A DNA stretch of 64,000 nucleotides, taken from NCBI GenBank assembly GCA_965242695.1, contig CBDESU010000001.1, positions 1,696,001 through 1,760,000 on the forward strand. Direction: 5' to 3'. Each line of letters starts with the position of its first letter. Within the stretch, counting starts at the first letter, position 1. The notes beneath the pieces are model-generated. The model saw only the letters and a program-made list of their open reading frames with translations. It made no database searches and had not been told where the DNA came from. A program made the position numbers and the translations under genes. Source of the stretch: Cenarchaeum sp. (GTDB taxonomy: Archaea > Thermoproteota > Nitrososphaeria > Nitrososphaerales > Nitrosopumilaceae). Shown piece after piece: positions 39,176 through 48,943 of the stretch.

Positions 39176-40474
39176 GTGGAAAAGTCCATCGGCATTGCCG
39201 GAGGGGCCCTTGCAGCGGCGGCCATTCTCATAGCGGTGTCCCTTGCGCTCGCCCCGCCCGCCGGAGTCGACGCGCAGGGCGGCATGCCGGCGGCGGCAAC
39301 AGAGCCCGCCCCTGGTTCGACGCAGGGCCCTGCCGCCGCGCCGGTGGATGCGGTCCAGGGCCACGCGGCCGGGGCCGGAACAGAGGCGCTCAAGGCGGGG
39401 GCCGCAGCCTACGCCAGCGGCTCTGGCGCCGGCGGCATAAACGGCGCGCTGCCGCTCACCGAGATATTCGAGATGGTCGAGGAGGGGACGGTCCGCGTAG
39501 AGGTCCGCCGCCCGCCGTCCGTGACGACCCCCGTCAGCGGCGTCGGCTCGGGCATCGTCTTCGACCAGAGGGGCAACATAGTCACCAACGCGCACGTCGT
39601 CGACGATGCAGACCGCATCATCGTGACCTTCCTTGACGGGCGCTCGTACAACGCAGAGGTCGTCGGGGCCGACCCGTTCACCGACATCGCGGTGATCAGG
39701 GCCGACAGGGCGGCGGCCGACGGCGAGGCCAAGAGCCGTCTCTACCCGCTGAGGCTCGGCGACTCGGCAAACCTGAGGGTCGGCGAGCAGATCGCGGCCA
39801 TCGGCAACCCGTTCGGGCTGTCCGGCTCGATGACGTCGGGGATTGTCAGCCAGCTCGGCAGGCTCCTGCCGGCGCACGGCGCCTTCCAGATACCCGACAT
39901 AATACAGACCGACGCGGCGATCAACCCCGGCAACTCGGGAGGCCCCCTCCTGAACATGCGAGGCGAGGTCGTCGGGATAAACACTGCGATACGGTCGCAG
40001 ACGGGCGAGTTCACGGGGGTCGGCTTTGCCGTCCCGTCGCAGACGGTCGCAAAGATCGTCCCCGTCCTGATACGCGACGGCGGGTACAGGCACCCGTGGA
40101 TAGGCGTGTCGGGGATGGACATCGACCCCGACACGGCCGACGCCCTCGGCCTAGAGGACACGCGCGGGTTCATGGTGATGACCGTCGTCGAGGACAGCCC
40201 GGCCGACAGGGCAGGGATGCAGGGATCGTCAGGGACGGTCGTCGTCGCCGGGCCCGGGGGCGAAGAGGAGGAGCGTCCCGCCGGAGGCGACATTATTGTC
40301 GGCGTCGACGGGATCGAGGTGCGGCGGATCAGCGACATACTCATACACCTGCAGAGGGCAAAGACGGTCGGCGACGACCTGGTCTTGGACATACTCCGCG
40401 ACGGAAGGTCGACGTCGCTCGTCGTCGTACTCGGCGAGCGGCCGGCATCCATCGTGCAGGCGGTTCCCGAGTAG
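39176..40474 (+). CDS. HtrA/DegP-like trypsin serine protease with PDZ domain
   Basis: Signal anchor; TNAHVV, DIAV, IQTDAAINPGNSGGPL motifs; C-terminal PDZ. Confidence 0.93.
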   Translation: MEKSIGIAGGALAAAAILIAVSLALAPPAGVDAQGGMPAAATEPAPGSTQGPAAAPVDAVQGHAAGAGTEALKAGAAAYASGSGAGGINGALPLTEIFEMVEEGTVRVEVRRPPSVTTPVSGVGSGIVFDQRGNIVTNAHVVDDADRIIVTFLDGRSYNAEVVGADPFTDIAVIRADRAAADGEAKSRLYPLRLGDSANLRVGEQIAAIGNPFGLSGSMTSGIVSQLGRLLPAHGAFQIPDIIQTDAAINPGNSGGPLLNMRGEVVGINTAIRSQTGEFTGVGFAVPSQTVAKIVPVLIRDGGYRHPWIGVSGMDIDPDTADALGLEDTRGFMVMTVVEDSPADRAGMQGSSGTVVVAGPGGEEEERPAGGDIIVGVDGIEVRRISDILIHLQRAKTVGDDLVLDILRDGRSTSLVVVLGERPASIVQAVPE

Positions 40475-40584
40475 GCAGCGAAGGGCCGGCGGGCGGTGCA
40501 GGATCGGCAGCGTGCCGATCCGGGCCGCAGGGGGACTGAGGCGAGGCGGCAAGATATGCCAGGTGCCGTCATGTGCGATGGAGA

Positions 40585-41167
40585 GGGCCGGTCGGACTTT
40601 ACGGACTTTTTTCGGTCGGGGCAGATTTTGGCCGGTCGGGGCGCCGGAGGGGGGGCAGTACAGTGCGGCAGTGGACCAGGGGCGACCCCTACGGACTTTA
40701 CGGACTTTTTTCGGTCGGGGCAGATTTTGGCCGGTCGGGGCGCCGGAGGGGGCTGCGCTAGGCGTGGATCTGGGGCGCCGGAGGGGGCCGGTCGGACTTT
40801 ACGGACTTTTTTCGGTCGGGGCAGATTTTGGCCGGTCGGGGCGCCGGAGGGGGGGGGGCAGTACAGGGCGGCAGTGGACCAGGGGCGACCCCTACGGACT
40901 TTACGGACTTTTTTCGGTCGGGGCAGATTTTGGCCGGTCGGGGCGCCGGAGGGGGCTGCGCTAGGCGTGGATCTGGGGCGCCGGAGGGGGCCGGTCGGAC
41001 TTTACGGACTTTTTTCGGTCGGGGCAGATTTTGGCCGGTCGGGGCGCCGGAGGGGGCTGCGCTAGGCGTGGATCTGGGGCGCCGGAGGGGGCCGGTCGGA
41101 CTTTACGGACTTTTTTCGGTCGGGGCAGATTTTGGCCGGTCGGGGAGGATTTTGGCCGGTCGGGGAG
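40585..41167. repeat. Higher-order non-coding array: six approximately 60-bp cores separated by two types of approximately 40-bp linker (A,B,A,B,B)
   Basis: cggactttacggacttttttcggtcggggcagattttggccggtcgggg at 40593, 40692, 40793, 40895, 40996 and 41097. Confidence 0.93.
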
Positions 41168-41279
41168 GGAACGGGGCAGAGTGTACAGATGCACCGGGTA
41201 CGGGTGAAAACCAAAGCTAGGTATGCGCCTCGGATCAGACACCCGGGTCGCCAACAAGTTTGGCAGGGTCAACTTGTAC

Positions 41280-42484
41280 CTAGTCGCGGCTGGAGCTAGA
41301 CATCTCCGATGGTCGTCTTGCCTCCAAGTATGACCGAAGCAGGGGCAGTGCAAACTTGTATAAGCCATGATCATGCTTGTAGACTATGCCTTTTTCTTCT
41401 AAGCGTTTCAGATGTGTTGACACAGTCCCTTTGCTGGTGCCTGTCGCCCCCATGATTGACGAAAACTCATATCGGCTTCAGGTATCAGTGACATGTGATA
41501 TAATGTGTTTTTTTCGCCCGGTATAAGATCTACCATTCTCAGGTCAAAAAAGTCATCGTATAGGCTATGCAATATGTCCGTTCTTACAGATTTGTAGTCC
41601 CGCAGGCCGACGGCATCTTTGGGCGTTCGTTGTAATATTTCGCAGCCAAAAAATTGTATAAAGTAAGGATACCCGCCGGCATCTTTGACCACGGCGTTTA
41701 CAAGTCCGGGCGAAAACCTGCGGTTCACTGCGTTCAAAGGATGTAAGATTGCCTTTTTTGCATCCAAGCGTGAAAGCCCAGTGACTTCTGTTACCTTAAA
41801 CGTGCGTTCAGTGTAAGAGCGTCCCGCCTTGATGTTCTTTACCAAGATCGGCAGGCCCGACAAAACGAGAGAGTATCTCTGCCCCTGCATTTGCACATTG
41901 TTGACCGCGCCAAGAAAGTCGCCAAGCGTATGCCACTTGTCTTTTACATCGTTAACCGTATGGAATTCATCAAGCAGGAAGACGACACCCACGTAGCCAA
42001 GATCATTTACGATCTTCCAGTTTCTTGTAAGATAGTCGACGAGGTGATCTGTCAGCGGCTCTTGCACGTCACGATCATACGACGGCTCGTACACCAACCC
42101 AGATATGCCCACGGTCGACGGCTTGAGGTACTGTCCAGCCGTGCGTAGTTTCCCCTTCGCTGCCTCCACCCTCGACGACGACTCGATCGAGCCGCGGAGT
42201 GCATGCTTCAGTCCCGACGCGAACTGGACCGGATCGGAGTCTCCGGGGCCGTACAAGTGCCTGACCACGGGCAGGAATTTCTCATCGCGGCACATGGACG
42301 CGAACTTTCTTAGCAGTACAGTCTTGCCGACCCCGCGCAGGCCGTGCAGCAGGACGTTCTTCATGTTTCCTACACGGTTGCCCTCTAGCACCTCGTCAAA
42401 CATGTCGATCTCCGCCTCGCGCCCCGCTAAGTATGGCGGATCGAGACCAGCTCCGGGCCGGAAGGGATTGGGGCTATTACGCAT
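41280..42484 (-). pseudogene. AAA+ ATPase with C-terminal winged helix, frameshifted near 41462-41465 (true pseudogene or assembly error)
   Basis: NPFRPGAG, Walker A GLRGVGKT, Walker B FLLDEFH and GGYPYFIQ; adding one T to AGTTTTCG continues as SSIMGATGTSKGTVSTHLKRLEEKGIVYKHDHGLYKFALPLL to TAG at 41280; lower GC than flanks. Confidence 0.82.
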
Positions 42485-42916
42485 GCAATCCCACGCGACA
42501 TGCCCCGCTTATAACTGTGATCATTGCTTTCGCCGCAGGGCGCCTAGTGGCACGGGGCCAGATGTTCGGACAGACCTCGCCTTGCGCAGCCCTGCGGCTA
42601 GGCCCGTAATCACCCCGCACGGATAACGCCCGAGATCGCCTAGAACCACAAGGCACATACAACTTGGCCTTCAAAACCGATCGCGGCGGCACGGTACGCC
42701 ACACGCACGCGCGGCCCCCGTACGCGGCGCGCCCACGCATGCCGCTCGGGGCGATCCCTGCGTGGCATCGCCCCGGCGGCCCAGACCTCGTTTGCATCCC
42801 AATCTTTGGGTAAGGCCAGCCGCGGCGCTTGCAGGCCCAAGGCATGGCCCGTGTCCTCAACGTCGCGAGCGGCCCGCCCCGCTCATAGATAAATACGAGC
42901 CGCCAAGGCCCCGGCC

Positions 42917-44137
42917 GTGAGCAGGCAGGCCCTACTCAGGTCTGATCTTGTCGACGGCCACCTGTCGGCCGCGGCGGCCGGCGGGAGGAGGCGGCCGCCG
43001 GGCGCCGCCGAGGGCGCCCGCATCCTCGATGCAGTAATGTCCGACGGGGACGCGCTGCGCCTGCTCCTGCGCGCCGCGCTCGCCGTGCGCGGGCGCGAGT
43101 GCGCCAGGCCCGGGATCGTCACATTCTCGAAAAAGGCCTTCTTCAACGTCGTCAACCTGTGCAGGGACGTCTGCACGTACTGCACGTACAGGTCAGAGCC
43201 GGCCGAGGCGGCGGCCGTCATGATGTCGCGGCGCGACGTGAAGGCGCTCGGAGAGGCCGCCGCCCGGCTCAACTGCGTCGAGGCGCTCCTTGTAGCCGGC
43301 GAGAGGCCCGAGGAGCGGTACGGTGCGGCCCGCAGGTGGCTTGCGGAAGAGGGATACGCCAGCACGGCCGAGTACCTAGTGCACTGCTCGGAGATGCTGC
43401 TCGGCATGGGCCTGTTCCCGCATACGAACGCCGGCAACCTGACAAGGGCAGAGATGGCAGACCTGTCGGCGACGAACGCGAGCATCGGGCTCATGCTAGA
43501 GACGTCGAGCGCCCGCCTAGGAGGGGCGGGCATGCCGCATGCCGGCGCGCCGAGCAAGGAGCCGGCCGCAAGGCTGGCCGCGCTGGCCGACGCCGGCTCG
43601 CTCGGCATCCCGACGACGACGGGCGTGCTAGTCGGCATCGGCGAGACGCATGCCGAGCTCGCCGAGTCGCTCGCCGCCATCGCCGCCCTGCACGGACGGT
43701 ACGGGCACGTGCAGGAGGTCATTGTCCAGGGCTTCCGGCCAAAGCCGGACACGGCCATGAGGGGCGCGCCGGCGGCCGGCGACGCGTACCTGGCCGCCTC
43801 GGCCGCTCTGGCCCGCCTCATGATGCCTGGCGCCAACATACAGGTGCCGCCAAACCTCTCGCCCGGCTCGTACCAGGACATGCTCGGCGCCGGGATCAAC
43901 GACTGGGGCGGCATATCGCCGCTCACGCCAGACCACGTAAACCCCGAGTTTTCGTGGCCGGCCATACGGCAGGTCGGAGCGCGGACGGCCCGCGCCGGCA
44001 TGCGGCTCGCCTGCAGGTTCCCCGTGTACCCCGAGTTTGTCGGGGCGGTGCGGCGCGGCATCAGGGACAGGATGGCAGGGATCGCCGAGGGCGGCGGAGC
44101 GTGGCTCGTCAGGGAGGAGTACTGGCGTGGCCCGTGA
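42917..44137 (+). CDS. cofG: FO synthase subunit CofG
   Basis: CRDVCTYC, LFPHTNAG, GLMLE, HVQEVIVQ, QVPPNL and DWGGISPLTPDHVNPE motifs. Confidence 0.93.
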   Translation: MSRQALLRSDLVDGHLSAAAAGGRRRPPGAAEGARILDAVMSDGDALRLLLRAALAVRGRECARPGIVTFSKKAFFNVVNLCRDVCTYCTYRSEPAEAAAVMMSRRDVKALGEAAARLNCVEALLVAGERPEERYGAARRWLAEEGYASTAEYLVHCSEMLLGMGLFPHTNAGNLTRAEMADLSATNASIGLMLETSSARLGGAGMPHAGAPSKEPAARLAALADAGSLGIPTTTGVLVGIGETHAELAESLAAIAALHGRYGHVQEVIVQGFRPKPDTAMRGAPAAGDAYLAASAALARLMMPGANIQVPPNLSPGSYQDMLGAGINDWGGISPLTPDHVNPEFSWPAIRQVGARTARAGMRLACRFPVYPEFVGAVRRGIRDRMAGIAEGGGAWLVREEYWRGP

Positions 44138-45473
44138 GTTTCCCGAGCCGGCCCTGAGGGGGGCCGACCCCATAGTGGCAGGCCACCTCGACAGGGCCCT
44201 GTCCGGCCGCGAGGTCTCGGCCGAGGGGGGCGAGGCCCTGCTGGCCGCCCGCGGCGGCGATGCGCACCTAGTCGGGGCCGCCGCGGACGCGCTGCGCGAG
44301 CGCGAGTGCGGCGATGCGGCCACGTACGTCGTCAACCGCAACATCAACTTTACGAACGTGTGCATAAAGCAGTGCGGGTTCTGCGCGTTCAGCCGCGACT
44401 TTCGCGGCAGCCAAGAGGCGTACATGCTGCCCGTCGGAGAGGTCGTCAGGAGGGCCGCCGAGGCGCGCGAGATGGGCGCGACCGAGGTGTGCATACAGGC
44501 GGGCCTGCCGCCGGACATGGACGGGTCGGCCTACGAGGAGATGGTGCGCGCCGTAAAGGGCGCCGTGCCCGGCATCCACGTGCACGCATTCTCGCCCGAA
44601 GAGGTCGCGTACGGGGCGGCCCGGGCCGGCGCGACCGTGCAAGAGTACCTTGCACGGCTCAGGGAGGCCGGCGTGGACACCCTGCCCGGAACGTCTGCCG
44701 AGATACTCGACCAGGCCGTGCGCGACCGCATATCACCGGGGCGCATCACCGTGCGCGACTGGGTCACCGTCGTGACCGAGGCGCACCGCCTCGGCATCCG
44801 AACCACGTCCACGATGATGTTCGGCCATGTGGAGTCGCTCGGGGACAGGGCAAGGCATATGGCCCTGCTGCGCTCCATCCAGCGGCGAACGGGCGGGTTT
44901 ACAGAGTTTGTCCCGCTCAGGTTCATAGCCGACGAGGCCCCGATGACGAGGGGAGGGGACGGCCCCCTGTCGGGCGCCGTGGAAGAGGCATCCGAGGGCG
45001 GTGCGCTCGACACGCTGCTCACGCATGCGGTAGCCAGGATAATGCTGGGCGGGGCGCTGCGCAACGTGCAGGCGTCGTGGGTCAAGGAGGGGCCTGCCAT
45101 GGCGCAGCTGCTCCTCGCGTGGGGCGCCAACGACCTGGGCGGGACGCTCATCAATGAGAGCATCTCGACGTCGGCCGGCGCGGGCCACGGCCAGCTCCTC
45201 AGGCCGCGCGAGATCAGGGCCCTTGCAGGCGGCGCCGGCAGGACGCCGCTAGAGCGCACGACCCTGTACGGGGAGGCTGCGGCCCGGCGGGACGAGGCTG
45301 GGCCGCCCGCGGGCGGGGCCGCCCTTGGGACAGGGTCGGAGGCCGCCCCGCCCCTCGATGCGGTCGACGACCCGGCCAGGTTTGGGTCGTACTTTGAGCT
45401 GATCAAGATAGGCTCGTTCCGGTACAGGAACACGCGCAGGCAGAGGGCGCCGCCGGCGGCTCCTCGTCCATAG
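44127..45473 (+). CDS. cofH: FO synthase subunit CofH
   Basis: YVVNRNINFTNVCIKQCGFCAF, PGTSAEIL, TGGFTEFVPL, QASWVK and GANDLGGT motifs; GTG start at 44127. Confidence 0.93.
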   Translation: MAREFPEPALRGADPIVAGHLDRALSGREVSAEGGEALLAARGGDAHLVGAAADALRERECGDAATYVVNRNINFTNVCIKQCGFCAFSRDFRGSQEAYMLPVGEVVRRAAEAREMGATEVCIQAGLPPDMDGSAYEEMVRAVKGAVPGIHVHAFSPEEVAYGAARAGATVQEYLARLREAGVDTLPGTSAEILDQAVRDRISPGRITVRDWVTVVTEAHRLGIRTTSTMMFGHVESLGDRARHMALLRSIQRRTGGFTEFVPLRFIADEAPMTRGGDGPLSGAVEEASEGGALDTLLTHAVARIMLGGALRNVQASWVKEGPAMAQLLLAWGANDLGGTLINESISTSAGAGHGQLLRPREIRALAGGAGRTPLERTTLYGEAAARRDEAGPPAGGAALGTGSEAAPPLDAVDDPARFGSYFELIKIGSFRYRNTRRQRAPPAAPRP

Positions 45474-45664
45474 CCCAGCAGGCTCTTGCACCCCCACCAT
45501 CCCGCCCCATGCCCTGCGCGCCCAGGCTAGCGCCTGCACAAGCCGGCCCGGCAGGGCAGAGCCCAAAGGGGCAATGGCATGCCTGCCTGACGACGCGGCA
45601 GGACGGCCCTACCACACGCAGTCAGACACTGCACGTTTATATCCCCCACAGAATCAGGCCTTGC

Positions 45665-45829
45665 ATGGTAGTACCCAGATATCCCAAGCCCCTCAGCACA
45701 GAGGCGTGGGAGGCGCTGATTGCAGGGCTGGAAAAGGGCCAGACCGAGGAGCAGAGGAAAATGGTGGAGGAGGCAAAGAGAACCATTCACAACCTGCCGT
45801 GGTCTACGAGCAAAGATCGGCAGGTGTAA
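45665..45829 (+). CDS. Small 54-aa protein, putative antitoxin (copy 1)
   Basis: MVVPRYPKPLSTEAWEALIAGLEKGQTEEQRKMVEEAKRTIHNLPWS; paralog conserved at 48637; TTTATA upstream; precedes a GNAT gene. Confidence 0.7.
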   Translation: MVVPRYPKPLSTEAWEALIAGLEKGQTEEQRKMVEEAKRTIHNLPWSTSKDRQV

Positions 45830-46077
45830 CGATGCTCAACATGCCATACATGGTGGTCGTCTTGGCGAGGACGGCACAGGAACACTCCACCTTGATGCTA
45901 GGGCATAAGAACGTGCCCGTCAGGAGCACAGGGTCGGATGCCGGCGTAGCCGACGAGTTCGGGGCGTAGCACCATGGGCGCCGGCGACATAGATGTGACA
46001 GAGCTGTCTTTGTCGCTACTCGACGAGCTTGACGACAGGGGAGGCTTTGTTTGCAGAAACCCAGAGTTTGCAGACTA

Positions 46078-47640
46078 TAGGGGTTCTATTTGAGTTCACG
46101 AAAACGTATTGAAGATTGCATGCAATTACGGGCGAAAAAAGTCACAGAAAACAGTTACACAAAATAGTTACACAAAACAATTGTATCGTGAATTGTTATT
46201 CCGCAGCGCGGCACAAGTGCAACATTTATCGCAGGCGGGGCATGCCACTTTATTCCTCAAGCAATATCTGGGGAAGCCTCGCAAGAAAGTTGGCGGGAAT
46301 GTTCGAGTTGGCCAGCACAGGGGGCAACTTTGCGCGCTTTTCCGGAGGGAGTATCTTGTCCTCCTTCGCTTGAATCTCTTCGATGGTCGGCAGGGGGATC
46401 TCCTCTTCCGGCATTCTCCTCTGCACGTACGCAAAGTGCTCTCCCGGCCTGAGCCTTTTCTTGATCCCCGCCGCCTTGCGGGGGCTGATCTGCGGCGCGT
46501 CGACCGCAGTCGCATAGTCGTAGAACTCGACCGGGACGATTAGGTCGCTCTCAAAGCACCACCCGAGCTCGCCGCTTATGGCCCCGACGCTGTCGAGCCC
46601 TACGTTGGACATGGCGGTCTTTATGCCGCGGATCTGCGGCTCGGCGACGTTGTCGTTGGGCGTGTACGGAAGCGTGGGTATGCGCCTCAGGCGGTCCGCG
46701 TTGTCCCGGATGTGGTCGCTGGACCTGTCCGAGGTGTGGTACCCGGCGTTGTCGTCTATGGTCTGAATCTTGCCGACTAGGGCGCTGACCCTGTCAAGGA
46801 ACCTCATGTACGCCTCGCTGTTGGCCCGGCCGGGGCACTCCATGACGAAGACCCACCCGTAGCCGACGGCTACGAAGAAGCTCAGGCGTGCGCGCCCGAC
46901 GCTCGACGTGCGCACGATCTCGACCCCTCTCAGCCCCGCCGTCTCGCGCCCGTTCTTGTAGCCCTGCGCATGGCCCTCGTCGATGAAGACCGTATGGTAG
47001 CCGGCCGCGGCGGCCTCCTTGATCTTAGCGCGCGCCTCCGCCTGGAAGGCGAGCCGCTCCTCGAGGCTCGCCGCCTTTGGGTGTGCGGGGCGGGGCACCT
47101 TGAGCCGTATGCCCATCTCCTTGAAGTTCTTTGCGGCCGTCGAGTATGCTATCTTCACCTTGTACTTTTTCTCAAGATGGTCGTGCAGGAGTTTGAACGT
47201 CCACACGTTGGCCTTGTAGCCGGCCGCCTGTGGCCCCATGAAGACATCCATGATCAACTCCCAGCGGATCTCGAGTGGAATTGATCGGCGCCTGCCGGGG
47301 CTCTTGCCCCGCGGGGCCGCCTTCAGGCCCCCCTTGTGCATCTTCACCAGCCAGTCCCTGACCGCGTCGTACGATGCAAGGACCATCCCGGCTATCTCGT
47401 TGAACGACCTGCCCTTCTTGCGGTGGTACGCGGCCATGTACCTCTTGGCCGTCAGCGCGTCCATCTCCTTGTTGGCAAGGCGCTTGAGCTTGTGGGCGCT
47501 CGTGCCAGGCATGAAGCCCTTGCCCTCTGGAATCGATCCCTTTCGCCCCATGCCCTACCCTGTCGTCCCTGCTATACCACCACAGTGGTGAAGGGATCTT
47601 GACACCTGGTCAATTCTTGTCAACTTTAGTAGAGCCCCTA
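46078..47640 (-). mobile_element. IS630-family insertion sequence, 1563 bp
   Basis: Imperfect TIRs TAGGGGTTCTATTTGAGTTCAC / GTCAACTTTAGTAGAGCCCCTA; TA duplication at 46076-77 and 47641-42. Confidence 0.92.
46250..47551 (-). CDS. IS630-family transposase
   Basis: N-terminal HTHs; FIDE, DNAGYH and LPYTPNDNVAE DDE motifs. Confidence 0.92.
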   Translation of the reverse strand: MGRKGSIPEGKGFMPGTSAHKLKRLANKEMDALTAKRYMAAYHRKKGRSFNEIAGMVLASYDAVRDWLVKMHKGGLKAAPRGKSPGRRRSIPLEIRWELIMDVFMGPQAAGYKANVWTFKLLHDHLEKKYKVKIAYSTAAKNFKEMGIRLKVPRPAHPKAASLEERLAFQAEARAKIKEAAAAGYHTVFIDEGHAQGYKNGRETAGLRGVEIVRTSSVGRARLSFFVAVGYGWVFVMECPGRANSEAYMRFLDRVSALVGKIQTIDDNAGYHTSDRSSDHIRDNADRLRRIPTLPYTPNDNVAEPQIRGIKTAMSNVGLDSVGAISGELGWCFESDLIVPVEFYDYATAVDAPQISPRKAAGIKKRLRPGEHFAYVQRRMPEEEIPLPTIEEIQAKEDKILPPEKRAKLPPVLANSNIPANFLARLPQILLEE

Positions 47641-48051
47641 TACCTCGAGGTGAATGCCGCATACGATATGAAGGTGCAAATGGGACTAACCTACCTAGCA
47701 CGGTACAACAAGCAGGTTGTGGGGTTCATGACGCTAGCAATGGCGCACCTAGACAAGGCTGAGCAACAGACGCTTGGCATAGACGCATACGGAAACATAC
47801 TCGTACTGGCCGTAACGGCCTTGGCCACAGACAAGCGCTACGAGCGGCGCGGAGTTGGCCGATATATGGTGAACAGCGACATACTGCTTGCGTTAGACAT
47901 GTCAAGACGGGTTGCGTGCAGAGCCATATACCTAAACGCCGACCCCGACGCCATGGGATTTTACAAAAAACTTAACTTCGAACCGCTGCCTCACTCACCA
48001 GACACAGATGGGGCGCCCATGTACTTTGACCTTGTCCCGTCTGCGTGACGA

Positions 48052-48378
48052 CCCTGGCCAGACACACGGCAGGCCGCCGCGCGGACGGCCCGCGCAGGCA
48101 TGCGGCTCGCCTGCAGGTTTCCCGCGTACTTCGAGTTTGCCGGGACAGTGCGGCGCGACATCAGGGACAGGATGGGGACGATTAGCGAGGACGGTGGATC
48201 GTGGTTCGTGGAGGAAGTACTGGCATGGGACGTGAGTTTCTCAAGGCGGCTCTGTGAAGGGCAGAACCCGTAGTGGCCTGCCACCCCGACAGGCCCCGTC
48301 CCGCCGCGAGGCCTCCGCCGCCGAACATGGGTGGCTCGTTCCGGTACCGGAACGCACGCAGGCAGGGGGCGCCGCCGA
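48052..48378 (+). pseudogene. Decayed duplicate of the cofG 3' end/cofH 5' end fused to the cofH 3' end
   Basis: 48055-48320 aligns by eye with 43955-44225; 48333-48378 aligns with 45411-45456. Confidence 0.85.
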
Positions 48379-48636
48379 ATGCGGCTCGGTCGTAACACGG
48401 CAGGCGCTTGCGCCGGGCGGTGGCCCCAGCCCTGGCCGTGCTGGAATGAGACTAGGCCGAACCCGGCATGCGCTTGCACCTCCCGCCCTACTTCCCGCGC
48501 ATCCCGACTGCCTGCCTGCGCAGCCCGGCGCGGTGAAGCGGGATCATAGATCTGGAGTAGTCGCCACCCACAGGCTGGCACACCCGTGCGGTATGCGATC
48601 GGACAGATTATATACGGTTCCGAAATCCTGCCTTGC

Positions 48637-48801
48637 ATGGTGGTACCCATATACCCAAAGCCGCTCAGCGCCAAGGCATGGAAAGTGCTGATCGCCGAGC
48701 TGGAAAAGGGCCAGTCAGAGGACCAGAAGAAGGCGATGGAGGAGGCAAGAAGGACCATTCGCAACTCGCCGTGGTCCGCTGGCAAGGATCGGCAGGTGTG
48801 A
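48637..48801 (+). CDS. Small 54-aa protein, putative antitoxin (copy 2)
   Basis: MVVPIYPKPLSAKAWKVLIAELEKGQSEDQKKAMEEARRTIRNSPWS; TTATATA upstream. Confidence 0.7.
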   Translation: MVVPIYPKPLSAKAWKVLIAELEKGQSEDQKKAMEEARRTIRNSPWSAGKDRQV

Positions 48802-48943
48802 CGACTGGCCCACATGCCACACATGTCGGTCTTTTCGGCGTGAACGGTACGAGGGAACTCCGGCCCAGGGTTCGTGCACAGGATCGTGCCGGCCAGATGT
48901 GCATTGTGGGATGATGCAGTCGACATGTGCGAGGTGTAATGGC

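Larger units (their letters stand above)
45974..48048 (+). pseudogene. GNAT acetyltransferase (TacT/AtaT-like putative toxin, copy 1) interrupted by IS630
   Basis: MGAGDIDV...GFVCRNPEFAD|YLEV...ALATDKRYERRGVGR...DAMGFYKKLNF...PMYFDL rejoins in frame when 46078-47640 and one TA are removed. Confidence 0.85.

Noticed and set aside
40496-41220. ORFs across the approximately 100-bp array, or calling the array CRISPR
   Set aside because: Periods of 99-102 bp are not frame-preserving; linkers are reused; core is too long; no cas genes
42490-42900. Intergenic stretch with a peptide-like segment (QGTYNLAFKTDRGGTVRH)
   Set aside because: Too short, with no intact ORF or identifiable family
47599-48048. 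149-aa GNAT ORF as an independent intact gene
   Set aside because: Its first 14 codons come from the IS630 end; the true 5' part lies at 45974-46077
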